Below are positions 38,768 to 48,795 of a stretch of 64,000 nt of DNA, in pieces; within the stretch, counting starts at the first letter, position 1, and every line of letters begins with the position of its first letter. Under the pieces are notes generated by a model. It searched no databases. It saw only the letters and a list, made by a program, of their open reading frames with translations, and was not told where the DNA came from. The DNA is from an uncultured Alphaproteobacteria bacterium. Lineage in GTDB: Bacteria > Pseudomonadota > Alphaproteobacteria > RF32 > CAG-239. Position numbers and translations under genes: made by a program. The DNA lies in assembly GCA_944392185.1 (NCBI GenBank), contig CALXVW010000051.1:610-64609 (forward strand). Direction: 5' to 3'.

Positions 38768-39784
38768 TTGCATCCTGCGGAATTGCGGGCTTTGCTGGCT
38801 GTTGACTTTGATAAATTGACTATGGTAAGCTCATTTAAAATCAAAAAACGCAAAATTTCCGGCAGTTACATACATTGCCGATTTTTGCAGAGTCAATGTG
38901 TTGGAGATATTATGGTTGATAAGATTGACGGTATAGATGTATTAAAAAATTTTTTGGAACAAAGATATTCTCAATATTCATTCAAAGATCTAGAAAAACA
39001 AGATGATCCAAGTATCCAAACTTGTATCAAAGAGGCAATTGATATTTTAGGAATTTGGTTACCTGTAGAGTTATATAAGTATTTGCCTATTATTTCCCCT
39101 TTTGTTAAACGGGATAATAGTTGTCGTCCTTTAAAGAAAAATCAAATAGATATGTGGGGATCACCTGATGAAGAAGGATATTTTCGTGATGACAATAGTA
39201 TTGTAAAAGGGTATCCTAGAAGTTTATTAATTAATAGTACCTTTCCATCATATGCAGGTAAAAAGATTGGAAAAGGTTTTGTGACAGCTCATTGTTGGAT
39301 GTGTAAAAACAATAATTATAATCCTATGGTGAATAGTTTTGTTCCTAATTTAGTGTGGCTTCCTAAGCCACTAGCTGTTCTTACAGATGTAGAAGGTAGT
39401 TTTGCTCAGCAGTATGTACAGTTTTTATCATATAATATATATGTAAAAGTACATGTAAATAGAGTGTTATCAAAAACAATTAAGGAATGTTGGAGTTTAT
39501 TACCGAAGCCATATTTGTCTCTTCCTAGGAAGAAAGTTGTTGTTAACTTTTTTAAATATAAGCCAAGAATGCAAAAAAGTAGAATTTCAATAATAAAAAA
39601 TGTTCAAAAAGCACTTGAACTGTGCATAGCAGGAGAAAAACTTTCTAAAAAAGTTATCAGTAAAAGATACACTGATGGGTTACCTAATGTTTCTAAAGAG
39701 CATCTAATTCGCTTGAATATAGAGCTTAAAAATTACTTAAAGACTGTTGAAGAAGCTTCTTCTCTTGCTCCTGAAAAAGCGTAG
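38768..39784 (+). CDS. Hypothetical protein, first gene of tRNA-Ser-adjacent island
   Basis: 338-aa ORF (the true start may be the internal MVDKIDG). Cys/His-containing segment HCWMCKNNNY. No family recognised. Confidence 0.3.
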   Translation: MHPAELRALLAVDFDKLTMVSSFKIKKRKISGSYIHCRFLQSQCVGDIMVDKIDGIDVLKNFLEQRYSQYSFKDLEKQDDPSIQTCIKEAIDILGIWLPVELYKYLPIISPFVKRDNSCRPLKKNQIDMWGSPDEEGYFRDDNSIVKGYPRSLLINSTFPSYAGKKIGKGFVTAHCWMCKNNNYNPMVNSFVPNLVWLPKPLAVLTDVEGSFAQQYVQFLSYNIYVKVHVNRVLSKTIKECWSLLPKPYLSLPRKKVVVNFFKYKPRMQKSRISIIKNVQKALELCIAGEKLSKKVISKRYTDGLPNVSKEHLIRLNIELKNYLKTVEEASSLAPEKA

Positions 39785-41375
39785 CACTAGAAGCTATTTC
39801 AAATAGTGTTTGCAGGTTAATGTTTAAGGTTCCATCGAGAAGTTGATTAACTATTCTTGGTGAGAGGTAGGCAAGATTTAGGTATTTGTAGATGGTTCGT
39901 TTCGACATTTTTTCTTGTTTGGCTATGTCATCGGTACTTAGTCCCTTTTCGTAGAGCTTCTTAAATTTCCAAGCATAAGCCAATGCACGGACAATGAGTC
40001 GATTGTTATCATTGATACTCATCAGTCCAACCTTTCCGGCGTTATAGACATTGCTTGATAGTCCGCGGTTGATGATGACCTGTTTTTCATAGATGATTTG
40101 GTTGTTGGTATTATCGGCTATAAAGTCTAATGGATTGTTATTTTCGTTTAACGCATTGCCTGTATAAGCTGATAGAATTAAAGGATCGGTGTTAAAAAAG
40201 AATGTTAAGTGATCTTTTTGATAAATTATTTTGTTAACAAAGTTACGGATAAAGTTACGCTGTTTCAGATAGTCAATATCTGCAAAATTTATTAATTTCA
40301 AAGCAAGTGAACTGTCTTTGTTTAGTCCATTGAGGTTGCTGTCAAGAATTTCGTTTATTGCATCTTTTGTAAGTTTATCAATTTGCTCTGTTGGCAGGAA
40401 TAAACCTTTTATTGCGTAATAATGGCGTTTTGTACTTTTCTTTTTGCTGTTTGCTTGGTTGCTAAAGGCGGTTCCTTCTGTGTTAAACAGCTTTCCGGTA
40501 AGTAAATTATTATTTGGCACATGATTGGGATTTTTGCATTTATCATTTTCTTTCAGCTTATTTTGTACCTGCTCCCATAATTCTTTGGAGATAATTGCTT
40601 GATGGTGTCCTTTGAAAGTTTGCCCTGTTTTCTTGTTTTCAATTAAACCTAAATATATTTTTTCATGCAATAACCTATGTAATGCCGATGTTTTTAATGG
40701 TTTTCCGCCTTTCTCAACACCTTTATTAGTCATCCAATGTTTATGGGTAATTCCTTTGGTTTGGACAAAGGTTTCAAGTTCTACCAAAGATTCACATTTT
40801 AAATAGCTTTCAAAAATATCTTTTACCTGTTCAGCTTCTATTGAATTTATAACCAGTTTTTTATCTATAATATCATAACCTAGTTTAGGAATCCCTCCAG
40901 TCCATAGGCCTTTGGCTTTACTGGCACGGATTTTATCACGGACACGTTCCGAAGACACCTCTCTCTCAAATTGAGCAAATGATAGCAGCATGTTTAGCGT
41001 TAGCTTGCCCATGGAAGTCGATGTGTCAAAGGCTTGGGTAATTGAAACAAAGCTGCAGCCATATTTATCGAATTCTTTCATCATATTATGGAAATCCATA
41101 ATTGAGCGGGACAAACGGTCGACTTTATAAACCACCACTGTCTGTATTAATCCATGTCGAATATCTTCAAGCATTTGTTTTAAGGCCGGACGTTCCATGG
41201 TGCCACCGGAAATGCCGCCGTCGGTATAAGTTTTGAAATATTCCCAGTTGTTAAAGGCTTGTGATAATATATAGCTTCGGCATGCTTCTTCTTGATTATG
41301 CAATGAATTAAACTCAAGCTCCAATCCTTTTTCGGTAGATTTACGAACATAGACGGCACAATTTATTCTAGTCAT
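39726..41375 (-). CDS. Large serine recombinase (integrase)
   Basis: N-terminal resolvase catalytic domain AVYVRKSTEKG (catalytic Ser) ...VVYKVDRLSRS. About 550 aa with a large C-terminal domain. Adjacent to the DUF2924 gene, as in many prophages and ICEs. Confidence 0.8.
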   Translation of the reverse strand: MTRINCAVYVRKSTEKGLELEFNSLHNQEEACRSYILSQAFNNWEYFKTYTDGGISGGTMERPALKQMLEDIRHGLIQTVVVYKVDRLSRSIMDFHNMMKEFDKYGCSFVSITQAFDTSTSMGKLTLNMLLSFAQFEREVSSERVRDKIRASKAKGLWTGGIPKLGYDIIDKKLVINSIEAEQVKDIFESYLKCESLVELETFVQTKGITHKHWMTNKGVEKGGKPLKTSALHRLLHEKIYLGLIENKKTGQTFKGHHQAIISKELWEQVQNKLKENDKCKNPNHVPNNNLLTGKLFNTEGTAFSNQANSKKKSTKRHYYAIKGLFLPTEQIDKLTKDAINEILDSNLNGLNKDSSLALKLINFADIDYLKQRNFIRNFVNKIIYQKDHLTFFFNTDPLILSAYTGNALNENNNPLDFIADNTNNQIIYEKQVIINRGLSSNVYNAGKVGLMSINDNNRLIVRALAYAWKFKKLYEKGLSTDDIAKQEKMSKRTIYKYLNLAYLSPRIVNQLLDGTLNINLQTLFEIASSATLFQEQEKKLLQQSLSNF

Positions 41376-41820
41376 GTGTTGCCTCCTTTAATGCTCGTTT
41401 GTTATTTAAGCCAAAGAAGTCATAGCCTGATACTTTTATTCCACATATTTCTTTGGCAATCGCCGACAGAGTTTTATAATGGTTGCCCTCAAAAATAAAA
41501 TCATCTGCTTCGTTTATAATAACCTTGTATTGGTGGTTGCGGAAGGTTTTAGTAATTTCTGTCCCCGGATGAAGGTTATATTTGGTTTTGTATACCTTAA
41601 TCATACATTCATCCGGGTTTTCAGCATATTTTTCTAACTTAATTAGGTGTTTGCGTTCAATCTTAAGATTGGCGTTTTCACAGGCGATATAATACCATAA
41701 TGCCCGAAACTGCCGTTTATAAGGACTGTTATGATACCGCGCCCATAGTTCAGCCTGCCTTTTGTGGTTCATACCTTTAAGCTCTTCAGCACTTCTCGGC
41801 AGATAAAACTTCTTTCTCAT
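41368..41820 (-). CDS. DUF2924-family protein (typical upstream partner of large serine recombinases)
   Basis: C-terminal FEGNHYKTLSAIAKEICGIKVSGYDFFGL and N-terminal LWARYHN...RQFRALWYYIA match the DUF2924 pattern. Overlaps the recombinase start by 8 nt. Confidence 0.55.
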   Translation of the reverse strand: MRKKFYLPRSAEELKGMNHKRQAELWARYHNSPYKRQFRALWYYIACENANLKIERKHLIKLEKYAENPDECMIKVYKTKYNLHPGTEITKTFRNHQYKVIINEADDFIFEGNHYKTLSAIAKEICGIKVSGYDFFGLNNKRALKEATHD

Positions 41821-42007
41821 CGGTCAACTCCTTGTTTTTCCATATCTTGTAAGCTCAGTAACGCTTACAGATTGGTAGAAGTCAAGCTAATATATTGAAT
41901 TTAAGTATATTTTTAAAATTTTAAAAATTTTTCAAAAAAAGCGTCAGAAAACACATCGTTGTCAGTACTTTTATTATGTAAAAAAAAATTTTTTAAGGAG
42001 ATTTCAT

Positions 42008-43339
42008 ATGAATGAAAAACTTTTGGTTAATTATGTGGCTATTAACTCAATTTTTGATTATAAGCTTAATCCCAAAACTCACGAAGAAAAGCAGATACAG
42101 CAAATTGCCAGATCTATTGAGCGTTTTGGATTTAATAATCCTATTCTGATTGATGAAAAATCGGAGGTAATTGCTGGTCATGGTCGTTTAGCTGCTGCTA
42201 GACTTTTAAAATTGGATGACGTGCCGGTAATCTGTTTGTCGCATCTCAGCGAGGTAGAAAAGCGAGCTTACCGTATTGCGGATAATAGGTTATCGGAAAA
42301 TGGTCAATGGAATACGGATTTATTGAAGCTGGAATTTTCGGAAATTGAAAAGTTGGCTTTGAACCTTGAAGATGAACTGGATTTGGATATTACCGGATTT
42401 GATTTTAAGGAGATAGATGTTCTTCTGGCTGAAGATAAGCCCAGTGTAAAGGCAGATCAAAAGCTTAATTCTATTCCGTATGTATCGGAAAATGAAATAG
42501 TCAGCCAATATGGAGATATCTGGCTGCTGGGAAAGCATAAAATTATTTGTGGAAACTCGCTGAAAGAGGAAACATATCAGCATTTATTTGAAAACATTAA
42601 GGCCAATATGGTTTTTACTGATCCGCCATTTAATGTGAAAATTCAAGGACATGTTTGCGGCTCTGGTCAAACAAAACATAAAGAGTTTGCTTTTGCCTCT
42701 GGCGAGATGAATGTGGCTGAATTTATTTCGTTTTTGAAAACATCAATGGCGAATATAGCAAAACATTCTGTTGAAAATTCCGTTCATTATATTTGCATGG
42801 ATTGGCGACATATATCCGAGCTGCTTTCCGCTTCTCAAGATATCTACGCTAAAATGCTGAATATGGTGGTTTGGTGTAAGAAAAACGGCGGTATGGGTAG
42901 TTTTTACCGCTCACAGCACGAATTGATTTGCATCTTTCAGAACGGCAAAGGTTCTCATGTTAATAATGTGGAGTTAGGCAAGCATGGCCGCTATCGAACA
43001 AATGTCTGGCATTATGCCGGTGTTAACAGTTTTGGCTCCGAACAGAAAAATCTTAAAATGCATCCGACGGTCAAACCGGTAGAATTAGTCCGCGATGCGA
43101 TTTTGGACGCATCTAAACGGGGCGATATTGTGCTGGATGCGTTTCTCGGCAGCGGAACAACGCTGATTGCGGCTGAAAAGGCCGGACGTGTTTGTTACGG
43201 AATCGAGTATGAGCCATTGTATATTGATACGATTATTCGCCGATATTATGAATTAACCGGAAATTGGGCTATTCATCAAAGTTCGCAAAAATCATATGAG
43301 CAATTATTGCAAGAAAAATTGGAGAAAATCAATGAGTGA
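42008..43339 (+). CDS. ParB-like nuclease domain fused to N6-adenine/N4-cytosine DNA methyltransferase (phage-type)
   Basis: N-terminal ParB-like IAGHGRLAAARLL. C-terminal MTase motifs DPPFN (motif IV) and FLGSGTT (motif I). Confidence 0.7.
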   Translation: MNEKLLVNYVAINSIFDYKLNPKTHEEKQIQQIARSIERFGFNNPILIDEKSEVIAGHGRLAAARLLKLDDVPVICLSHLSEVEKRAYRIADNRLSENGQWNTDLLKLEFSEIEKLALNLEDELDLDITGFDFKEIDVLLAEDKPSVKADQKLNSIPYVSENEIVSQYGDIWLLGKHKIICGNSLKEETYQHLFENIKANMVFTDPPFNVKIQGHVCGSGQTKHKEFAFASGEMNVAEFISFLKTSMANIAKHSVENSVHYICMDWRHISELLSASQDIYAKMLNMVVWCKKNGGMGSFYRSQHELICIFQNGKGSHVNNVELGKHGRYRTNVWHYAGVNSFGSEQKNLKMHPTVKPVELVRDAILDASKRGDIVLDAFLGSGTTLIAAEKAGRVCYGIEYEPLYIDTIIRRYYELTGNWAIHQSSQKSYEQLLQEKLEKINE

Positions 43340-43703
43340 AAGCGGCTATAAAAATCCGCCCAAACATTCGCGATTTCAGAAGGGGTGTTCGGGTAATCCG
43401 GCTGGAAGGCCGAAAGGAAGCAAAAATACGCTCAAACTTCTGGATGCAGTTTTGGAACAGAAAATCAAAATTCAGCAAGAGGGTAAGACCGTCAGCATTA
43501 CCAAAAAGCAGGCAATGCTGATGCAGCTGGTCAATGCTGCGGTAAAAGGCGAAATCAAGGCCATTGCGGCACTTTTCCCATACATGATGCAGCTGGACAT
43601 GAAAGAAGAGCAATCCTTAGAAACAAGCAAATTGTCTCTAAAAGATGAGGAAATTTTACAACAGTTTTTAGAACAAAATAAACAGGAGAATAGAAATGAC
43701 TGA
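43332..43703 (+). CDS. Phage terminase small subunit-like protein
   Basis: MSESGYKNPPKHSRFQKGCSGNPAGRPKGSKN (the GNPxGRPKGS motif is common in phage TerS-like/DUF5681 proteins). Directly upstream of and overlapping the TerL gene. Confidence 0.45.
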   Translation: MSESGYKNPPKHSRFQKGCSGNPAGRPKGSKNTLKLLDAVLEQKIKIQQEGKTVSITKKQAMLMQLVNAAVKGEIKAIAALFPYMMQLDMKEEQSLETSKLSLKDEEILQQFLEQNKQENRND

Positions 43704-45240
43704 TAAAAATTTGGTGAAGAATGCAGTCTTCCGTCAAAGTTTCTCAACCTTTGTACAGAAGTGTTTTTATGAATTAAACCCCTCGGAAAAATTTATAAAT
43801 GGCATGTATATAGATTTATTATGCGATCAAATCCAAAGTATGATTGAAGGTGAGAATCAGAAGTTGATAATCAATCTTCCCCCAAGATATTTAAAATCTG
43901 TCATATGTTCTATAGCTTTGCCTGCATTTATTCTAGGGCATAACCCGTCGGCTAAAATTATGTGCATCAGCTATGGGGAGGATCTGGCTTCCAAATTAGC
44001 TACGGATTGTAGAACCATTATGGAAACAGACTGGTATAAAGAACTTTTCTTTCAGACAAGAATTCGGGGAGATAGGAGATCTAGTATGGATTTTGAAACA
44101 ACCAAGCACGGCGGACGGTTTGCTGTGACAATTTCAGGAGGAGTAACCGGCCGCGGCGCTGATTGGATTATTATAGACGATCCGTTGAAACCGGTTGAGG
44201 CTTTTTCTGATATACAGAGAGAAAAAGTTAATGAACTCTATGGAAATACCGTTAACTCTAGGCTTAATGATAAAAATACAGGGAGAATACTTGTGGTTAT
44301 GCAGCGTTTGCATGCTCATGATTTATCTGGTTTTCTGTTTGAGAACGATCCTGATTTTAAGTCTATCGTCTTGCCGTTGATAGCCGTAAAAGATGAAGAA
44401 TGGCAAATAAAAAATCATATTACCGGAAAAATAGTGATATATAAGCGAAAAAAAGGTGAGCTGCTGCATCCGGAACGCGAAGGCGAAAAAGTTGTAAACA
44501 GTTATCGCAATTCGATGAGCCCTTTTGTATTTTCTGCGCAGTATCAGCAGAATCCAATGCCTATCGGCAGCGGAATGATTAAACAGGAATGGATAACGAC
44601 CTATCAAGAACTGCCAAAGTTGAGTAAAATTATTTTATCATGGGATACAGCGTCTAAAACTACAGAAACGAATGCTTACTCTGCATGTGTGGTGATTGGA
44701 GTTGGAAAAGATCAAAAGTATTACCTGCTTGAAGTGTTTCGCGGCAGACTTGATTTTCCTAGTTTGACAAGAAAGGTTAAGGAACTGTCTGATAAATATG
44801 AAGGTAAAATGTCAGGCAAGATAATAACTTTGGTTGAAAATGCATCTTCCGGGATTTCACTTTGTCAAACTTTGAAAGGTAAGATAACAAATTTAATACC
44901 TGTTTCATGTAAAAGTTCTAAGGAACAGCGTTTTGATATTGTCGCATTAAAAACCGAACAAGGTGAGTTATTGTTTCCAGGACAATATGAACCTTGGTTC
45001 AAAAGTTTTGAAGATGAGTTCTTAACTTTTCCGAGATCTTTATTTAAAGATCAATGTGATGCTTTGAGTCAGGCAATAGGGTATTTTGAAGAGCATAAAC
45101 ATTCTTTACGGCAAGCGGCTGTTGTTGCCATTCCATCGCCGCCCGTGAAAACTGTGTACACTGGAATTATTGGGACATCCAATACAAACAGCAATATTTC
45201 AGCTCGTCCAACAATATTTTTTAATTATAGGCGTTTTTAG
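43696..45240 (+). CDS. Phage terminase large subunit
   Basis: Deviant Walker A region INLPPRYLKSV (the LPPRHGKS-type terminase motif). C-terminal nuclease-domain acidic residues (SWDTASK...). 514 aa. Confidence 0.65.
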   Translation: MTDKNLVKNAVFRQSFSTFVQKCFYELNPSEKFINGMYIDLLCDQIQSMIEGENQKLIINLPPRYLKSVICSIALPAFILGHNPSAKIMCISYGEDLASKLATDCRTIMETDWYKELFFQTRIRGDRRSSMDFETTKHGGRFAVTISGGVTGRGADWIIIDDPLKPVEAFSDIQREKVNELYGNTVNSRLNDKNTGRILVVMQRLHAHDLSGFLFENDPDFKSIVLPLIAVKDEEWQIKNHITGKIVIYKRKKGELLHPEREGEKVVNSYRNSMSPFVFSAQYQQNPMPIGSGMIKQEWITTYQELPKLSKIILSWDTASKTTETNAYSACVVIGVGKDQKYYLLEVFRGRLDFPSLTRKVKELSDKYEGKMSGKIITLVENASSGISLCQTLKGKITNLIPVSCKSSKEQRFDIVALKTEQGELLFPGQYEPWFKSFEDEFLTFPRSLFKDQCDALSQAIGYFEEHKHSLRQAAVVAIPSPPVKTVYTGIIGTSNTNSNISARPTIFFNYRRF

Positions 45241-45316
45241 CTTGAATAATTCTTTTTTATGAGCATTACATATCCACGTCAGATTTTGTCGTCAATGCAT
45301 TATATCGTCAAAAGCA

Positions 45317-46411
45317 ATGAAAAAACGAAACGGGGTAAAAGTAATGTTTTTGAATAAATGGATGTTAGGTCTTAAAAGGGTAGAACAGAAAATTTTGAAG
45401 AGTTATGATAAAAAAAATTGTTCGGAACATATTTCTGCAATAATCCAATCTTATTTAGAAAGGTTGGATTATAAATATCAAAATCCTGATAAAATTATAG
45501 GACTTTCTACAGAAATAAAGACTCTAGACAACAAATTACAAGGTCTAAGAGGTGGAGAAATTATTTTACTCGCCTCTCGTCCCTGTATGGGCAAAACATC
45601 TTTTGCAATGAATCTTTCTTATAAAGTAGCACAATCATTTTTGAAAGAGGATAACATGAACATGGATAATAAATGTGTTCTGTATTTTAGTTCAGAAGCT
45701 CCGTCTTTTACTTTGTGTCAGCTCCAGCGGATTATCGCTGAAAAAATTACCGGTACAAATTGGTTTGATTTACATACATACAAATATGGAAGCAAATCTT
45801 ATGAAGAATTTGCAACGGTAGCAAATATTGGTAAAGAACTAGGAAAATTACCTCTTTATATATGTGATGATTCCAGCCTGTCTTTGGATTCCATAAAAAA
45901 TAAAATAAAAAAAATTAGCGGCTGTTCAAAAATCGGTTTTATTGTTATTGATGAGTTTTTATTATTTTCTTTCAAAAACTCATTACACCCCCAACTGTCC
46001 TATATCACCTTGCAAGGATTAAAGGATATAGCCCAAAAGCTTAATGTTCCCATTTTAGTTCTAGGCAAGTTAAGCAGAAATCTTGAAAGACGCTCCGATA
46101 AACGCCCGCTATTATCTGATGTTGATTCGGCAATTAAACTATCCCCTTATTGTGATAAAATTTTATTTTTGTACCGCGAATCTTACTATTTGACAATGAA
46201 ATACCCAGAAAAAAAGTCAAATGAAACAAAAAACCATTTTGACCATCGAATGAAACGTTGGGAAAAGAAGTATCGTAAAACGGAAAATGAATGTGAGATT
46301 ATAATAGCGAAAAATAAACAAGCATTTACGGGAACGGTAAAAATTTTTTGTAACATGGTAGATGGTATTTTTGACGATATAGAATCATCGGAGGATGATA
46401 TTCCGTTTTAG
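45317..46411 (+). CDS. DnaB-like replicative helicase C-terminal (RecA-fold) domain protein
   Basis: GLRGGEIILLASRPCMGKTSFAMNL Walker A in the DnaB C-domain context. Walker B-like FIVIDEF. Lacks the DnaB N-terminal domain. Confidence 0.55.
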   Translation: MKKRNGVKVMFLNKWMLGLKRVEQKILKSYDKKNCSEHISAIIQSYLERLDYKYQNPDKIIGLSTEIKTLDNKLQGLRGGEIILLASRPCMGKTSFAMNLSYKVAQSFLKEDNMNMDNKCVLYFSSEAPSFTLCQLQRIIAEKITGTNWFDLHTYKYGSKSYEEFATVANIGKELGKLPLYICDDSSLSLDSIKNKIKKISGCSKIGFIVIDEFLLFSFKNSLHPQLSYITLQGLKDIAQKLNVPILVLGKLSRNLERRSDKRPLLSDVDSAIKLSPYCDKILFLYRESYYLTMKYPEKKSNETKNHFDHRMKRWEKKYRKTENECEIIIAKNKQAFTGTVKIFCNMVDGIFDDIESSEDDIPF

Positions 46412-46467
46412 ATAATCTTACTTCCATTAGTATTCAAAACACTAATCCAAAACGAAAGGAACTGACA

Positions 46468-46959
46468 ATGAACAAGGAAATAAAATTAAATCTTAACAAA
46501 CTGTTTTGGTATGTCCTTAGCTGTGAAATTAATAATGACGCCGCTAAATATTATGCACCTTTATTTAATGATAAAGACAAGCAGGAACTTATCAATATTG
46601 TTCTGGAAATTCGACTGTCCGGCCGGAATACATGGAGTGAGAGCAGTAAAGCAAGAATAGCTCCTTATCTATTAAAATTTGCTCCTATTCCATATAAGGG
46701 CAATTCTTGCATTAAACCGGTTACCAATTTAGAAATGCTTGAGGCGGAAGAGTGTTATTCAATGCTAAGCAACTGGAACTTTTTCATCAGTGATGCTTTT
46801 TTCTTATACAAAAAAGATGATATTCGGGCTTTAATTATGGTTGCAGAGGAATTTGGCATTCCTACGCCTAAAATTATCGACCCTAACGACTATTTAACAG
46901 CCAAACAACGAAATACAGTTTTGGCAGAAATGAATGCCCTTATGGCCGAGCAAAGCTGA
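46468..46959 (+). CDS. Hypothetical protein (163 aa)
   Basis: ORF with RBS. No recognisable domain. Confidence 0.3.
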   Translation: MNKEIKLNLNKLFWYVLSCEINNDAAKYYAPLFNDKDKQELINIVLEIRLSGRNTWSESSKARIAPYLLKFAPIPYKGNSCIKPVTNLEMLEAEECYSMLSNWNFFISDAFFLYKKDDIRALIMVAEEFGIPTPKIIDPNDYLTAKQRNTVLAEMNALMAEQS

Positions 46960-47072
46960 GAATCTTATATAACATCTGCCAGAATTTACCTTACAATTTT
47001 CCTTTCTTGCAGGTGATGTACCACGGAAGCCCCAATATAAAATTGGGGCTTCACTTATTTCAGGAGAGAGTA

Positions 47073-47396
47073 ATGACAAAAAAGATAATAAAAGAACTTA
47101 ATGACAATTTTAGAAAAAGCTTTTTAGGTGGACGTGTAATGATAACTCAAAAAGTTCAAATGCTGTCTGCCGAAGCCCAAAGAGAATTATTTGACCGTGT
47201 AAAACAGTTTAATGACTTTACAAAAGAAAACGACCCTTACGGAGAACATGATTTCGGAAGTATCAAATTCCAAAACGACATTTATTTTTGGAAGATTGAT
47301 TATTACGACATTAATTTTTTATATCACAGTCCAGACCCGAGCAACACTTCTATTACAAATAGGGTTTTAACAATCATGCACGCAGATGAATATTAA
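47073..47396 (+). CDS. Hypothetical small protein with conserved NDPYGEHDFG...FWKIDYYD motif
   Basis: ATG preceded by a CAGGAGAGAG RBS (the ORF track starts further upstream at a weaker start). The motif resembles a small protein family common on plasmids and phage islands; exact family uncertain. Confidence 0.35.
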   Translation: MTKKIIKELNDNFRKSFLGGRVMITQKVQMLSAEAQRELFDRVKQFNDFTKENDPYGEHDFGSIKFQNDIYFWKIDYYDINFLYHSPDPSNTSITNRVLTIMHADEY

Positions 47397-47450
47397 CGTC
47401 AAAAATTGGCGACTTTCCATAATATAATTAAAAAATTAAGGAACAAAGCC

Positions 47451-48257
47451 ATGATTTATAAAATTAAAAGCCGAAAACAGCTTATCAATTTGATTAAACA
47501 TTGTGTAATGCTGCGAATATTTACCAACGGAAAAGATGTCTATGCGTGGAATAGCGAATTTACCGATCATCAGCATGCCCGAAAAGTGCTTGGCGGATTA
47601 GACGACTCTTATAATTCTTATACGATAGAAAATAATGGACGTCTGTTACATTGTGTTGTAATCAATCATACTGTATTAGAAAAATTTATTCGGACATGGT
47701 TTCCTGATTGCTGGTATGGTTTTCATATTAAAGAATATGATACGCATGAGGGCATTTGTCTTTTTACAAATGAAAAACCAGAATGGGCATCTCTTCATCA
47801 TGCCTATAATATGCGTATTATAGCATTGGCACAGCCTTATTATAAATCCGAAACTAAGAAACGGACATTCACGCTTTTTACTGAAGATAATGAAATGCCT
47901 TTTCGTTATCCGCATGTTCACGTTTGTGTTGCTACAAAAAATAAGAAGTATTTAGGAGTTCCTCTTCGGTCTCCTTATTGGGCAGAGAAATATAAATCTA
48001 TTTTCAGCATCCGCATAAAAAATCCTAAAGTTACAGAAAAAGAACTCTACACGGCAAATAATTTAATAATTGAAGATGAAGTAGAGTCGGACTGTTTTAA
48101 GAATATGTCCGAGCAAGAAAAAAGCGAACTGCTCGACCTGCTTAATTGTGAAAAATTTAATTTTTGGAGAGGTTACCTCTGTAACATTAAAAACGATGAG
48201 ACTTATAAGGAATATTGGCAAGAAAAAGGCTGTTATTTCGAAACCATAACGCCATAG
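47451..48257 (+). CDS. Hypothetical protein (about 268 aa)
   Basis: The ATG at 47451 follows a TAAGGAAC RBS (the ORF track begins at an upstream TTG). His/Cys/Trp-rich. No family recognised. Confidence 0.3.
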   Translation: MIYKIKSRKQLINLIKHCVMLRIFTNGKDVYAWNSEFTDHQHARKVLGGLDDSYNSYTIENNGRLLHCVVINHTVLEKFIRTWFPDCWYGFHIKEYDTHEGICLFTNEKPEWASLHHAYNMRIIALAQPYYKSETKKRTFTLFTEDNEMPFRYPHVHVCVATKNKKYLGVPLRSPYWAEKYKSIFSIRIKNPKVTEKELYTANNLIIEDEVESDCFKNMSEQEKSELLDLLNCEKFNFWRGYLCNIKNDETYKEYWQEKGCYFETITP

Positions 48258-48320
48258 AACTATAATTATTGCTTCTTGCCACCCAAACAGGTATAAATAT
48301 GGTGTTGAGGAGTTTAAAAT

Positions 48321-48502
48321 ATGTTTTTATCAAAATCTGATTATATGACGGCTTATACCTTGCTTTTTTGACCGGAACATTATCTGACGAAGAAGAAAAA
48401 ATCCTATTTAAAGGTTTGGAAGACTATTGTTACCAAGATACATATGCTATGGTTAAATTGATTGATGTTTTATACGAAAAAAGCAAGGAAGAAACAAATT
48501 AA
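48321..48502 (+). pseudogene. Small ORF (about 60 codons) interrupted by a -1 frameshift at a T6 homopolymer
   Basis: MFLSKSDYMTAYTLLF-TGA, then the -1 frame continues LTGTLSDEEEKILFKGLEDYCYQDTYAMVKLIDVLYEKSKEETN to a TAA at 48500-48502. A single T loss or gain at 48364-48369 would restore one ORF. Confidence 0.2.
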
Positions 48503-48795
48503 TTACAGATATATTTTTTTGATACCATAATTCTAAAATTTTTCCATTTTTATACACTGTCTGATAAGATAATTAACATGATATGAATAAGTTGATATAT
48601 TAAATTTCCTTATGTTATCCGTATGAAAAATATAACTTTTTTCATCAACAGCATTGCTTTTCAATTTAATAATATGTGTATAAAAAAATACTTAACAGCT
48701 TACACAGAGATTTACTACAACCACTACATTTTAAATTATAATTAGTAGGGGATGTTAAAGGTGTTTATAAGTTTGATTGCTTATTATCCGGCATT

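Noticed and set aside
38768-41375. Expected a tyrosine integrase beside the tRNA
   Set aside because: The only recombinase is a large serine recombinase (YVRKST catalytic motif, about 550 aa). The 338-aa ORF next to the tRNA lacks R..H..R..Y integrase motifs.
48369-48371. TGA as a sense codon (alternative genetic code) explaining the interrupted small ORF
   Set aside because: All long genes in the window are intact under the standard code with TGA stops in use. A homopolymer frameshift is the simpler explanation.
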